The translations under genes and the position numbers were made by a program. From the NCBI GenBank assembly GCA_937915785.1, contig CALGGY010000155.1, forward strand, positions 8,458 to 72,457: DNA of 64,000 nucleotides. Direction: 5' to 3'. The DNA is from an uncultured Bacteroidales bacterium (GTDB lineage: Bacteria; Bacteroidota; Bacteroidia; Bacteroidales; P3). Positions 1 to 9,842 of the stretch are shown here, piece after piece. Under the pieces are notes generated by a model, which made no database searches, was not told the DNA's origin, and saw only the letters and a program-made list of their open reading frames with translations. Position 1 is the first letter of the stretch, and every line of letters begins with the position of its first letter.

Positions 1-83
1 GCTCCCGATTCAGAATTTTGTTGGGTGCAGCCTTGGGCCATCAACGATATGGCGGCAAACAGGCAGATAAATATTTTCTTCAT
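1..83 (-). CDS. N-terminal fragment of a lipoprotein gene running off the left edge
   Basis: The reverse strand from the ATG at 83-81 reads MKKIFICLFAAISLMAQGCTQQNSESG. This is a signal peptide with a lipobox-like Cys. The frame is open to the window edge. Confidence 0.5.
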   Translation of the reverse strand, partial: MKKIFICLFAAISLMAQGCTQQNSESG

Positions 84-257
84 GACAATAAGTGTTTTTT
101 GGGGTAACTGAAAATATGTTTTTTTATTGTCTGTGTAAAAAAATAACGGACCAATTCAACAATTGACCAATTGTACCAAATGTTTATTGGAAAACAAGTA
201 AAAGCATCTGACACACGCACTTAGGTCGAATGCCTTATAGAAAAAGAAAGGATAAAG

Positions 258-935
258 TCAACCAACTCCTTCCACCACTAAAACTATCTCTCCTTTCACA
301 CCGCTTTCGGCAAATGAGGCCGCCAGCTCGCGCAATGTCCCTCGCCTTGTCTCTTCATGCAATTTGCTAATTTCGCGCGACACCGACGCCCTTCGGTCAT
401 CACCAAACACTTCGGCCATCTGCTCCAATGCCTTCACCAGCCTGAACGGCGATTCGTAGAACACCATGGTGCAGTCCACATCCTTGAGCAATGCCAACGA
501 CGACTGCCGGCCTTTTTTCTGTGGCAGAAAACCCACAAACAAAAAACGGTCGCATGGCAGTCCGGAATTTACCAATGCCGGCACAAAAGCTGTGGCTCCA
601 GGCAGTGTTTCAATCTCCACCTCTTCCTTTACACACTCTCTTGCAAGCAAAAAACCGGGGTCGGATATTCCCGGAGTACCTGCGTCGGTAATAACGGCTA
701 TACTACGGCCCGAAGCCAAAATATCCATCACCTGCGACAGTTTCTGATGTTCATTAAACTTGTGATACGACTGCATCGGGGTTTCTATACCATAATGCTG
801 AAGCAGGGTTTTGGATGTGCGGGTATCCTCGGCCAAAATCAGATCCACTGTTTTTAGCACTTCCACAGCACGATAGGTCATATCCATCAGGTTGCCCACA
901 GGGGTGGGGACAAAAAACAATTTAGCGTCCGACAT
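258..935 (-). CDS. rsmI: 16S rRNA (cytidine-2'-O)-methyltransferase RsmI
   Basis: ORF 258..965 carries FFVPTPVGNLMDMTYRAVEVL, ILAEDTR and ITDAGTPGISDPG, typical of RsmI. I placed the start at Met11 (935) because the terminator hairpin of the upstream gene occupies 946-984. Confidence 0.9.
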   Translation of the reverse strand: MSDAKLFFVPTPVGNLMDMTYRAVEVLKTVDLILAEDTRTSKTLLQHYGIETPMQSYHKFNEHQKLSQVMDILASGRSIAVITDAGTPGISDPGFLLARECVKEEVEIETLPGATAFVPALVNSGLPCDRFLFVGFLPQKKGRQSSLALLKDVDCTMVFYESPFRLVKALEQMAEVFGDDRRASVSREISKLHEETRRGTLRELAASFAESGVKGEIVLVVEGVG

Positions 936-945
936 CTTATTACAA

Positions 946-984
946 TAAAAAAGACAGTAGATCACAAACGCGACCTACTGTCTA
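946..984 (-). terminator. Rho-independent terminator downstream of the yebC-like gene
   Basis: Stem gacagtag (953-960) pairs with ctactgtc (975-982). On the minus-strand RNA the stem is followed by a U-run (plus-strand A-run 947-952). Confidence 0.6.
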
Positions 985-999
985 TCAAAAATATGAAAA

Positions 1000-1740
1000 C
1001 TATCCTTCAAAATCTTCGGGGATATCCATGTCGTGGTAAACGGCCTGAACATCATCATCTTCTTCAAGCAGCTCCACAATTTTCAGCACTTTACGCATCG
1101 ATTCCTCGTCGATGGTCTTTGTTGTGTTGGGGATACGTTGCAGCTCAGCGCTTTCCACCTCAATTTTCATATCCTCGAGTTTTTTCACCATAGTGCCGAA
1201 ATTCTCCATAGCGGTGTACAGAGTTATATATTCGTCGTCGCTTTCCATCTCTTCCAATCCGGCATCGATCAGCTCCATTTCGAGATCGTCCATATCAATT
1301 TTTATGGCATCGCGTTTGATCTGGAAAACACCTTTGCGGTCGAAAATAAAACCTAACGAGCCGTTGGTGCCAAGTGTGCCACCAAATTTGTTCATTATAG
1401 AACGCACGTTGGCCACCGAACGCATGTTGTTGTCGGTAAGACATTCAATAAACAAAGCTATGCCGTGGGGCGCGTAACATTCGAACGTAAGTTCCTGCAA
1501 AGCAGCCGAATCCTTGTCGCTGGCCTTGGTAATTGCGCGCATCAGCGTATCTTTCGGCATGTTAACGCCCTTGGCATTCTGCATCAGAAGACGCAGACGG
1601 GGGTTACCGTCGGGATCGGGACCGCTCTCTTTTACTGCCACCGTTACTTCTTTCAAAATTCTGGAAAACGCCTTAGAACGTTTGGCGTCGGTTGCTCCTT
1701 TTTGTCGCTTAATCTTCGACCATTTATTATGACCTGACAT
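1000..1740 (-). CDS. yebC: YebC/PmpR family DNA-binding transcriptional regulator
   Basis: The 246-aa ORF starts MSGHNKWSKIKRQKGATDAKRSKAFSRILKE, the characteristic YebC N-terminus. Length is also typical. Confidence 0.93.
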   Translation of the reverse strand: MSGHNKWSKIKRQKGATDAKRSKAFSRILKEVTVAVKESGPDPDGNPRLRLLMQNAKGVNMPKDTLMRAITKASDKDSAALQELTFECYAPHGIALFIECLTDNNMRSVANVRSIMNKFGGTLGTNGSLGFIFDRKGVFQIKRDAIKIDMDDLEMELIDAGLEEMESDDEYITLYTAMENFGTMVKKLEDMKIEVESAELQRIPNTTKTIDEESMRKVLKIVELLEEDDDVQAVYHDMDIPEDFEG

Positions 1741-1824
1741 ATAGATAAAATTTTATGTTTATACTTTATTTAATTGGCTGTAAAACAAGCAATTGCCCTA
1801 CAAAACATTTTTCAAAACAATTTT

Positions 1825-1832
1825 CAAAGTTA
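1825..1832 (-). promoter_or_regulatory. Bacteroidota -7 promoter box (TAACTTTG on the minus strand)
   Basis: Matches TAnnTTTG about 85 nt upstream of the yebC ATG. Confidence 0.4.
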
Positions 1833-1861
1833 GCATTTTTTATCGACATTTGCAAGTTTTT

Positions 1862-2437
1862 CTATTTTTTGCGCTTTTTTTTATTCACCGAATAGCCAAA
1901 CGAACCCAATTTTTCGCCCAATTTGTAATACTTTCCGTGCGAATAGGCAACCAAATGAGCATGGTTTAGCTGAAATTGACCAGTGCTCCTGTCTATCAGT
2001 GTGCTTTCGGCATCCATAGCCACCACCTCGGCGATAAACATGTCGTGGCTGCCAAGTTCTTTGATATCCACCACTCGGCATTCCAAACTCAACGGTGACT
2101 CTTCGATAATCGGGGCTGCCACTTTCTGCGCTGCAGAAGGAGTCAGTTTCATCGCCGAGAACTTGTCCACATCCCTCCCCGATTTCACGCCGCACCAGTC
2201 AGTGGCAAAAGCCAGAGTCTCGGTTACTAAATTTACTACAAACTCTCCGCTCTCCTTTATAAGCTCGTGCGAAAAGCGCGATTTACGCAACGAAATATAA
2301 CACATCGGAGGCTCGGTATTTATCGTTCCCACCCATGCCACGGTTACAATATCTTTCCTGCCGTCAAGCTTGCCGCAACTAACCATAACCACAGGCATCG
2401 GATACAAAAGTGTTCCGGGTTTGAAAGGCTCTTTCAT
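1862..2437 (-). CDS. Flavin reductase family protein (FMN-binding split barrel)
   Basis: The 191-aa ORF carries LYPMPVVMVSCG...DIVTVAWVGTINTEPPM, a pattern typical of flavin reductase-like domains. Confidence 0.85.
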   Translation of the reverse strand: MKEPFKPGTLLYPMPVVMVSCGKLDGRKDIVTVAWVGTINTEPPMCYISLRKSRFSHELIKESGEFVVNLVTETLAFATDWCGVKSGRDVDKFSAMKLTPSAAQKVAAPIIEESPLSLECRVVDIKELGSHDMFIAEVVAMDAESTLIDRSTGQFQLNHAHLVAYSHGKYYKLGEKLGSFGYSVNKKKRKK

Positions 2438-2450
2438 ACTAACAGTGCTA

Positions 2451-2487
2451 TAAAAAAGCGACGGGGCAAATTCAACATTTGTCCCGC
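2451..2487 (-). terminator. Terminator after gldN (end of the T9SS core operon)
   Basis: Arms 2462-2471 and 2477-2486 form a roughly 10-bp stem with one mismatch. A minus-strand U-run follows (plus-strand A-run 2452-2457). Confidence 0.5.
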
Positions 2488-2515
2488 CACATAATTCCTT
2501 ATAGAGTTTACAATA

Positions 2516-3451
2516 TTAATATTCCCACATATCAATCTCAAGATTGAATATGCGATTTTCAATTTCTTCGCTGGCGAGCAGAGCGTCCTCACCTGTCAGA
2601 TAGTCGCTGATGGAGCGGTTGTAGCGGTTCGACTCCCTAACAACGTAGCTGCTGAAATAACGGGTGATGAAAATATCATCATACGAACGCTCGGTAACTT
2701 CGTTGTAGTCGTCATAAGCACGCTGTTTCACAAGCACGTTGCGCACTCTGGGGTCGTTCATGGGTATCCAGCCCATGTCCACAAGTTGGAAAGCAGCCTC
2801 GCCCTCGTCATCATCGGCCGATGCGCGCAAGGGCTTCGGATACATAAGCGACAGACCTATGATACGCACATTTTGACGGGCATCCTGTCTGTTCAGGTAC
2901 CAGTATTCTTTCAGCTTTATTTGAGTGATGTTGTCCTCGCTGATTTCTACGGCAATGTTGGTGTCGCGCTCTTCACGCACTTCGTCGGTTTCCTCGCCGG
3001 TTTCGGGGTCGGTCCAATACAGCGTTATACGGTCCCTACGTGTCGAAGCACCTTTTGCGCGCATTGCTGCATAGTCGATAGGGATTTTGAAATCTTCGCT
3101 CTCGTAAACCTGAATATCACCTCTTTCAACGGCTTCCATAATGGTCATAGCCAGATTTTTACGGCCCTGGGCATCATTAGCGTCGGCCTGTTCTTTGGTG
3201 GGATAGTAGAAAAATTCGTTGAACTTCTCTCTGAAATTGATAATACGCCATATAACGCATTCCCAAGCCACATCGGCTTCGCGAACAAAAGCGTATTCAA
3301 CAGCCTTACGGCCGGTGTTGGTGGTTGCCTCGTAGAAATTGGCAAAGTTGTTCTCCTCTTCGGCCGGTGCAGTAACCACATTTTGTGCCTGCAGCGACAA
3401 AGCCATCACCGAAAGAAGGCTTATACCGAAACATAAAGCAATTTTTTTCAT
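2516..3451 (-). CDS. gldN: T9SS ring protein GldN/PorN
   Basis: A 311-aa secreted protein (signal peptide MKKIALCFGISLLSVMALSLQAQ) lying immediately downstream of gldM. Position and size fit GldN/PorN. Confidence 0.88.
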   Translation of the reverse strand: MKKIALCFGISLLSVMALSLQAQNVVTAPAEEENNFANFYEATTNTGRKAVEYAFVREADVAWECVIWRIINFREKFNEFFYYPTKEQADANDAQGRKNLAMTIMEAVERGDIQVYESEDFKIPIDYAAMRAKGASTRRDRITLYWTDPETGEETDEVREERDTNIAVEISEDNITQIKLKEYWYLNRQDARQNVRIIGLSLMYPKPLRASADDDEGEAAFQLVDMGWIPMNDPRVRNVLVKQRAYDDYNEVTERSYDDIFITRYFSSYVVRESNRYNRSISDYLTGEDALLASEEIENRIFNLEIDMWEY

Positions 3452-3491
3452 CTCTATAAGTATTTGATAGGTTTCCCTATGGTTAATATTC

Positions 3492-5162
3492 TTATTTTAT
3501 TCTGAATGCACTTTCCAGAGTTTCGCTTCTACCATCAGGCAACCTCACTTCCACGTCGGTTATCATCACGCGCTGGCCTTTTCTGGCCTGTTTGATGATA
3601 CTCTGAGCTTCGGGATTGATGGTATTGCCGGTGATATTCTTTTCGTTGGCACCTACGGCAATGGTGAACTGACGCACTGTCAGAGGCGGAACTTTGAAAA
3701 CGAAATCCTCGGGGAAAGTTGCCCTGAGCTTACCGGCATTGGCCAGCTCGTCTTTTGTAACTTTTTTGCTCGAAAGGTTTCCAACCTTAAGCACTGGTGT
3801 GGGTATCTTACGGGTTTTGTACTTGAATTCACCCATACGGCGGGTCTGACCATCGATTTTGGCAGAAACCACAATGGTAACTTCACGTTCCAGACGTGCC
3901 AACTTTACAGAGTAGTTTCCACCGCCTTGCGAAGTAATAGTACCAGACGAAATAGTTGCAGAAATATCTTTGGCAGGAATACCCGGTACCGAGATGGAGA
4001 CGGGGTTTTCAACTCCCACGTAGAATATGTTCATGTTGGTGAGCGAAACCACGGCGGCAGGTTTTCCAACGGTGTATTCGCCGCTGAAAGGATAAGCAAC
4101 ATCTTCACCGTTGGCCGCTTTCACATACACGTTACCTTGATATTTGTGAAGGCCCTCGGCGCCGGAACCGGTTGTCCATGTTATGGAACCGTTGGTGTCG
4201 GTGCTTTCTATATGCGCACCGTTTACTTCAGCTTTCAGCTTGGCTTTCGAATCGTAAGCGGCAACGAAAATATCTGCTTCGAACTGCGAGCCCTGCATAA
4301 TGTAGTTGGATTTTGGCACCACGCGAGCTGCCACCTTGTCGAACTTGAAGTCATCGGCATTAACAGCTTTGTACAAGTTGTTGGCAATATCGAACTCCGC
4401 ATTCATCACATCGGATGTTATCCTGGTAAGCAGAATAATATCTGCAATAGGGATATTGCTTTCAAAAGTGTGACGTTCCCAGCAACCTTTCATGTTTTTG
4501 CCATGCACGTTGAGGGTAAACTCCTCGCCTTCCACTTCCAAACCGGGGAAAGCCACCGAGTCGAAACCGGCTTTCTTCACCGATTCGGAAACTTTGGCCT
4601 TATACTCCTCAATTTTCTTGCGGATCTGCACAGAGCGCAACTCCTCGTTAGCGGGGTTAAATTCGCCACCGCCCAAGAAATGGTTTTGTGCTGCTGCATC
4701 GGCGCTGGACTGTTGCATAAAACCAACACCCACTTTGCGTACAACGCCACGTACAAGATTTATATCCACCTTGCCGTCGCTGCCTATAAAGTTAACGGTA
4801 ACTTTGTCGCCATTGCCGGCGGTATCTACACTTGCCTTTTTCTCCAGTTGTCCGATAAAGTCGTATTTCATGCTGTCGATAAACATACGAAGTTCGTCGG
4901 AATAAGTCCTTACTTCTTTGGCAACATCGTAATATTCGCCTACTTTGTCGGGGTTTGTTAGAGCAAATTGTTCAAATTTATTGTATGTGTCGGCCACCTT
5001 GGTCTGTATAGTGAAGCTCGAAGCGTCCATTGTGTCGGACACCGTAACAAAGCTGTTGAGCAGCATTGCCGAAACGTTCAGTGCCAACAGGGCCAAGTAC
5101 ACGAGGTACATCATTCCTATCATCTTCTGCCGCGGGGTCTCCGGGCAATTTGTAGCACCCAT
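3492..5162 (-). CDS. gldM: T9SS motor/periplasmic shaft protein GldM/PorM
   Basis: The 556-aa ORF has the N-terminus TPRQKMIGMMYLVYLALLALNVS, the conserved GldM transmembrane helix with its Arg. Confidence 0.93.
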   Translation of the reverse strand: MGATNCPETPRQKMIGMMYLVYLALLALNVSAMLLNSFVTVSDTMDASSFTIQTKVADTYNKFEQFALTNPDKVGEYYDVAKEVRTYSDELRMFIDSMKYDFIGQLEKKASVDTAGNGDKVTVNFIGSDGKVDINLVRGVVRKVGVGFMQQSSADAAAQNHFLGGGEFNPANEELRSVQIRKKIEEYKAKVSESVKKAGFDSVAFPGLEVEGEEFTLNVHGKNMKGCWERHTFESNIPIADIILLTRITSDVMNAEFDIANNLYKAVNADDFKFDKVAARVVPKSNYIMQGSQFEADIFVAAYDSKAKLKAEVNGAHIESTDTNGSITWTTGSGAEGLHKYQGNVYVKAANGEDVAYPFSGEYTVGKPAAVVSLTNMNIFYVGVENPVSISVPGIPAKDISATISSGTITSQGGGNYSVKLARLEREVTIVVSAKIDGQTRRMGEFKYKTRKIPTPVLKVGNLSSKKVTKDELANAGKLRATFPEDFVFKVPPLTVRQFTIAVGANEKNITGNTINPEAQSIIKQARKGQRVMITDVEVRLPDGRSETLESAFRIK

Positions 5163-5226
5163 ATTGTATCCTTATTTAAATTTCTTACTTGCGTAAATTT
5201 TATTTATTAAAAGATTGTTTGTGGCA

Positions 5227-6270
5227 TTAGATGCGGGTCTGCATTGCAGCCAGCATATTGCCATAAACTTGGTTGAGTTCCGATACTTTTCTCGACAGTG
5301 CGTCAACCTGCTCTTTGTAGCGGAGCACATCGTCGGCGGAGGTTGCGAAATTAACAACCAGTTCTTGGATGCGGTCTTGTACTTCTTTGGTAGCCTGCAG
5401 CTGAGTGGATGAATTCTGCAGCTGCATTTCATACATTGCGTTGATAGAAGCAAGGCTTGATGCCATTTTCTTCAGCTCGTCGGCGTACGAAACGTCGTCT
5501 GACGAGAGGCTCTGTGCGGTTTCTCTGTATATCGACGAGAGGTTGTCCACAGCGCTTGTGGCATCTTGTATGCTCTTGAGATATTCTTCCGAAACGCCGG
5601 CATTGACGCTGACATTTTCGGCGGTACGGCGATAAGCTTCCGACAGGCTGTTGGCCGATTCGGCAGCGCCGCTGATATTTTTCATGAGGTTTTCGTTGGC
5701 GGCAACCACCGAAGTGGCTTCGCCAATGGTGTTGGTGGTTTCGGCAAGTCGCTGCATACCTTTACCAAGGCTTTCGATAAGTTCGGGACCGATTTTTGCA
5801 TCGTCGAGCATCTTGTCGAGCTGCTGCGACACCGGGTCGTTGTTGATAACCAATGTGCCGCCGCCCTGTATGTTGAGTCCGCCAGTACCTTCCACATGAG
5901 CTCCGCCACCGTGTGCGGGAGAAGCTGGTGTTTGAATCATAACTGGGTTGCCATCCTCGTCGAGCACGGGGTTGCCGTCTTCGTCGATTTGCATCTGCAG
6001 GCCTTTGCTTTCGCCGTCGCTTTCTTTAACTCCGGCAAGTTCGGGGTACACCAGACTCCAGTCGTATTCAACGTGCAGAGGTTCGAAAGCCGAGAACAGA
6101 AATATGATAGCCTCGGTACTCATACCTACCACAATCATAAGGTCGGCACCTGCCCAGTGCATGATCTTAAACATAGCTCCCACGATTACGACAGCTGCGC
6201 CAATACCGTAGAGTTTACCCATAAAGGCTTTGTAGCCCTTGCTTCGTACTAAATTATCTATAAAGCTCAT
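5227..6270 (-). CDS. gldL: T9SS motor protein GldL/PorL
   Basis: The 347-aa ORF has two N-terminal TM helices (GIGAAVVIVGAMFKIMHW and AIIFLFSAFEP, which includes the conserved Glu). A long, likely coiled-coil tail follows. Confidence 0.93.
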   Translation of the reverse strand: MSFIDNLVRSKGYKAFMGKLYGIGAAVVIVGAMFKIMHWAGADLMIVVGMSTEAIIFLFSAFEPLHVEYDWSLVYPELAGVKESDGESKGLQMQIDEDGNPVLDEDGNPVMIQTPASPAHGGGAHVEGTGGLNIQGGGTLVINNDPVSQQLDKMLDDAKIGPELIESLGKGMQRLAETTNTIGEATSVVAANENLMKNISGAAESANSLSEAYRRTAENVSVNAGVSEEYLKSIQDATSAVDNLSSIYRETAQSLSSDDVSYADELKKMASSLASINAMYEMQLQNSSTQLQATKEVQDRIQELVVNFATSADDVLRYKEQVDALSRKVSELNQVYGNMLAAMQTRI

Positions 6271-6333
6271 GATGAAAGATTTTGTGTGTTTTTGTTATGT
6301 TAATTGTGTTTTTGTTTCTGTGTTCTATTGATA

Positions 6334-7719
6334 TCAATATACGTTGGATGCGGATTTCAGGTTGTCGCCTTTCACACGTCCGAGGTACGACTGTACACAA
6401 CGGAAACCGATATACGATTTGGCTGTATCCTGATATTCGTATGTTCTAGTCTGCACTTGGATGAAATATTTCTGGTCTTTCCACGAACCGCCGCGAACCA
6501 CTTTGCGTTTCATAGCCTTGTCGTCGTCGTCGGCCGCGTTGTATTGGTATGACATGGCAAGGTTGTTACCCACGGTGTACATTGATTCGTTGTAGGCGTC
6601 TTCGCACCATTCGGCTACGTTGCCCGACATATCGTAGAGGCCGAAGTCGTTGGGAGCGTAGTGCCCCACCATCAGGGTTTTCACGCCGCCGTCGTCGTCG
6701 AAAGCGCCGCGAAGGGGCTGGTAGTTAGCCAAGAAACAGCCGTTGCCGTTGCGGATATAGGGACCGCCCCAAGGATACGACATGTTGGACATGCCGCCAC
6801 GGGCTGCCCATTCCCACTCAGCCTCGGAGGGCAGACGGAAATCGCACATCTGTGCGTAGCCTATGCTCGACAAGTAATTGTTGAGGTATTGCGAACGCCA
6901 CACGCAGAAGGCTTTGGCCTGCACCCAGCTAACACCTACAACAGGGTAGTTGTCGTATGCCGGCGAAGTGAAATACTGGCGTGTGAAGTCCTCGTTGTTG
7001 GAGTATGTGTAGTCGTGCATCCAGCAGAGAGTGTCGGGATAAACGTTCACCACTTCCTTTTTGATGAATTGGCTACGGTTGTTGAGGCCTTTCGGACGGT
7101 TGGCGAACATAGAACCTTTGAGGTCGCCTTTGTTGGAGGCAACACCTTCCTCTTTTTTGGAAGCCTCTTTATAGTCTATCCAATAATATTCGTAGTTCAG
7201 TTTGGCGGGGTCGATGTCTCTCTTGCGGTAGAAACGGTCTTTCTCGGCCAGATACATGGGCTCGAGGGCCTCGCGAGATTCCTGATCGTCCCAGCTTATT
7301 TTTGTTTTGTTGTTCAACAGAGCCGGTTCGATAGGTTCGCCGTACTGGTCTTCTTCGATAAGATAACCTTCAACACCGGCTTCTCCAAGCAGTCTGCGGG
7401 CTATGGAGTCCCTCACATAGTAAACAAACTGACGGTACTCGTTGTTTGTGATTTCTGTTTCGTCCATGAAGAAAGAGACAACCTGAACGGTGCGTTCGGG
7501 TGTGGTTACGCCATAGATATTGTCTTGGTTTCCACCACCCATGATGAAGTTTCCTTGTTCAACAAAAATCATACCGGCAAGGTCCATATCCTCGAAAACG
7601 GGACGGTCGGTAACCCCTGTCAGTTCACCTTTGTTGCTTGAGCCACAGCTCCAAAGCAGAGCGGCTCCGCCGAGCAATAAAAACAACTTTTTCATATCAT
7701 TAAAGTTTTTTATGTTCAT
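6334..7719 (-). CDS. gldK: T9SS outer-membrane-associated lipoprotein GldK/PorK (SUMF1/FGE fold)
   Basis: The 461-aa ORF has a lipoprotein signal (MKKLFLLLGGAALLWSC) and the FGE-sulfatase-type motifs WEWAARGG and VVRGGSW. An alternative start at 7695 (Met9) is possible. Confidence 0.93.
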   Translation of the reverse strand: MNIKNFNDMKKLFLLLGGAALLWSCGSSNKGELTGVTDRPVFEDMDLAGMIFVEQGNFIMGGGNQDNIYGVTTPERTVQVVSFFMDETEITNNEYRQFVYYVRDSIARRLLGEAGVEGYLIEEDQYGEPIEPALLNNKTKISWDDQESREALEPMYLAEKDRFYRKRDIDPAKLNYEYYWIDYKEASKKEEGVASNKGDLKGSMFANRPKGLNNRSQFIKKEVVNVYPDTLCWMHDYTYSNNEDFTRQYFTSPAYDNYPVVGVSWVQAKAFCVWRSQYLNNYLSSIGYAQMCDFRLPSEAEWEWAARGGMSNMSYPWGGPYIRNGNGCFLANYQPLRGAFDDDGGVKTLMVGHYAPNDFGLYDMSGNVAEWCEDAYNESMYTVGNNLAMSYQYNAADDDDKAMKRKVVRGGSWKDQKYFIQVQTRTYEYQDTAKSYIGFRCVQSYLGRVKGDNLKSASNVY

Positions 7720-7788
7720 AACTGTCTTTATTTTCCTATTGTGTTTAATGTGGTTTTTACGATGTTTTTGTTTTTTGGTTACGATTTA

Positions 7789-8814
7789 TCACATAAAATA
7801 AATCGAATTGATGTAGCTTGAAGGTATTTTTTTCTTCGGTACGATTTTGAAGCAGTACTTCAGATAGAGTTCGATAGTACCTTTACTGCGTGCCGATTTG
7901 TATGTTCCGAGTTTTGAAGTGGTGATGTCGTATGCCAGACCTATGCGGAAGTTTTTCCAGTTCACGCCTGTGAGTATCGACACTGCGTCTTGTATGCGGT
8001 AGCTGGCGCCGAGCCAGAAAGTGTTCTGGTACAGGAGCAGGCACGAAACGTCGAGCTGCAGGGTTGCAAAATCGGCGGTTTTTATGAGCAGCGAGGGCAA
8101 CAGGTGGTAGCTCTGGTCGTAGAATTCGTAGTCATAGCCAGCGAAAGCGTAAATGCTTCGGGCATTTTTGTAGTTCAGAACAGAGCTTTCGGAACCGAGC
8201 AGGTTTTTGGCCGACAAGCCAAGATACAGTCTGCCAGGTTCGGTATAATACACGCCTACAGCTGCATCTATAACCATATCGGACTCGGTTTTGCGCGACT
8301 GCAGAAGCGGGTCGTTGTCCATGTCTTGGTCTATAGGATTGTTGATATCGCCTGTAAGTCCGCCATATCCCACTAGGTTGGCGTAATCCAGATTGCCGCT
8401 GGAGAGGCTTGCCTCAACACCTATGGCAAGGCTTCCGCGCGAGGTGAAAAAGCGGTAGGCGTAGTCGAGACCGATATTGATTGCGTTGTAGTAGCCCAGT
8501 TTGTTTGTAAGCACGGACAGTCCTATGCCGCCATGAAGGAAATTTACAGGCATGTCGAAGGAGAACAGTATGTTTTGTGGTGTTGAGCCTTCGGAAATAC
8601 TGCCGCCCGGCGATGTCAGAGCAAGGCCCATCCACTGGTTGCGGTACAAACCGGAAAAACAGATGGAGCCGACACTTCCCGCATAGGCAGGGTTGTACGA
8701 CAGCCTGTTGAACATATATTGTGAGAATTGGGCTTGTTGTTGGGCAAAACCGATGTGCGAAATCGCCATAATCATCACAAAAACTGATACTTTTTTAAAC
8801 AATCCGTTTTTCAT
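7789..8814 (-). CDS. porP: PorP/SprF family T9SS membrane protein
   Basis: The 341-aa ORF has the N-terminus QQQAQFSQYMFNRLSYNPAYAGS, typical of PorP/SprF. It is the first gene of the porPKLMN arrangement. Confidence 0.9.
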   Translation of the reverse strand: MKNGLFKKVSVFVMIMAISHIGFAQQQAQFSQYMFNRLSYNPAYAGSVGSICFSGLYRNQWMGLALTSPGGSISEGSTPQNILFSFDMPVNFLHGGIGLSVLTNKLGYYNAINIGLDYAYRFFTSRGSLAIGVEASLSSGNLDYANLVGYGGLTGDINNPIDQDMDNDPLLQSRKTESDMVIDAAVGVYYTEPGRLYLGLSAKNLLGSESSVLNYKNARSIYAFAGYDYEFYDQSYHLLPSLLIKTADFATLQLDVSCLLLYQNTFWLGASYRIQDAVSILTGVNWKNFRIGLAYDITTSKLGTYKSARSKGTIELYLKYCFKIVPKKKIPSSYINSIYFM

Positions 8815-8913
8815 GGTTATGCCTATTATTATTTTACAAACATTTCATTATCAATCATATAAACAGCTTTATCCTATTAACAACTGCTTTTTTTCCGTAT
8901 AAAATACAACCTG

Positions 8914-8921
8914 CAAAGATA
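8914..8921 (-). promoter_or_regulatory. Bacteroidota -7 promoter box (TATCTTTG on the minus strand) for the T9SS operon
   Basis: Matches TAnnTTTG about 93 nt upstream of the porP ATG. Confidence 0.4.
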
Positions 8922-8997
8922 GCAATTATTGTCCAATTAACCTAATAATTTGGCATTTTTTTTGCTTTTTTTTTCAACAAATCTGAATTTCAGCATC

Positions 8998-9771
8998 TTA
9001 GTCATTGCAGTTATATTCTGTTGTTACAGTATATTGTGGGTATTTTGCTTTGATATGGGTCTCAAAATTGTCAACGCCTTCTGTCATTTGTATTTCTATC
9101 CTTATAGTATCGGTGTCGTTAATTATTTTTGCGTTGTTTGCTATGTTGGGATTCATTTCTTTGAGGATGTCTTCGGCGCGGTCGGTGTTTTCTATGTTGT
9201 AGATGTACAGTTTCGAGCTTTTGAAGGCAATCTGTTCAGTTTTTTTTTCTGTTGTGCGGGTGTTTTTAGGTGATTTGGCTTGGGCAACATTGGTTTCGCC
9301 ATCGGAGCTTTGTTTTGGCAGTTCTATTCCTAACTTGACGAGCAGTAGTATGCTGTCGTTTAGGTCGTTCGAAATATTATCCTGATTGCTCCAGAAGGGT
9401 TCGGCTTCATCGGGCAGTGTTGTTATAAGCACGTGGGTTACTCCTTTGCGCTTGGTAAGGCCTATTCTGTCGGCGGCAATGCCGGCCAAATCTACGATAT
9501 TGCGTCGAGGGCAGCGGTCGTTCACCTTCACGATAACCCATTTTTTTGTTATTGTATCGGCAACAAAAAGGAATGTTCCCAATTTGATGTTTCTGTGTGC
9601 GGCCGTATATTTCTTATGTGTGAACCGCTCGCCACTTGAGGTTTTTCTGTTTTCGAACTTATGATGATAACGCGTGGCTATTTGGCGCTGATTTACAATA
9701 TCTTGAGAAAAGGCCACTGCACATAGCGACAATAGGATTAAGGTTAGAATTGTTGTTTTCCTTTTAAGCAT
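8998..9771 (-). CDS. RlpA-like (double-psi beta-barrel) protein with a C-terminal SPOR-like region
   Basis: The signal peptide MLKRKTTILTLILLSLCAVAFSQ is followed by ATRYHHKFENRKTSSGERF...VIVKVNDRCP, an RlpA DPBB pattern. I placed the start at Met46 of ORF 8998..9906 because the longer version overlaps pta. Confidence 0.8.
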   Translation of the reverse strand: MLKRKTTILTLILLSLCAVAFSQDIVNQRQIATRYHHKFENRKTSSGERFTHKKYTAAHRNIKLGTFLFVADTITKKWVIVKVNDRCPRRNIVDLAGIAADRIGLTKRKGVTHVLITTLPDEAEPFWSNQDNISNDLNDSILLLVKLGIELPKQSSDGETNVAQAKSPKNTRTTEKKTEQIAFKSSKLYIYNIENTDRAEDILKEMNPNIANNAKIINDTDTIRIEIQMTEGVDNFETHIKAKYPQYTVTTEYNCND

Positions 9772-9842
9772 AGATTGTTTTTTGGTTATACAAAAAGCAG
9801 AGAAGGGCTTTTGGCCCTTCTGATGCTTGATATTTGTTGCGG

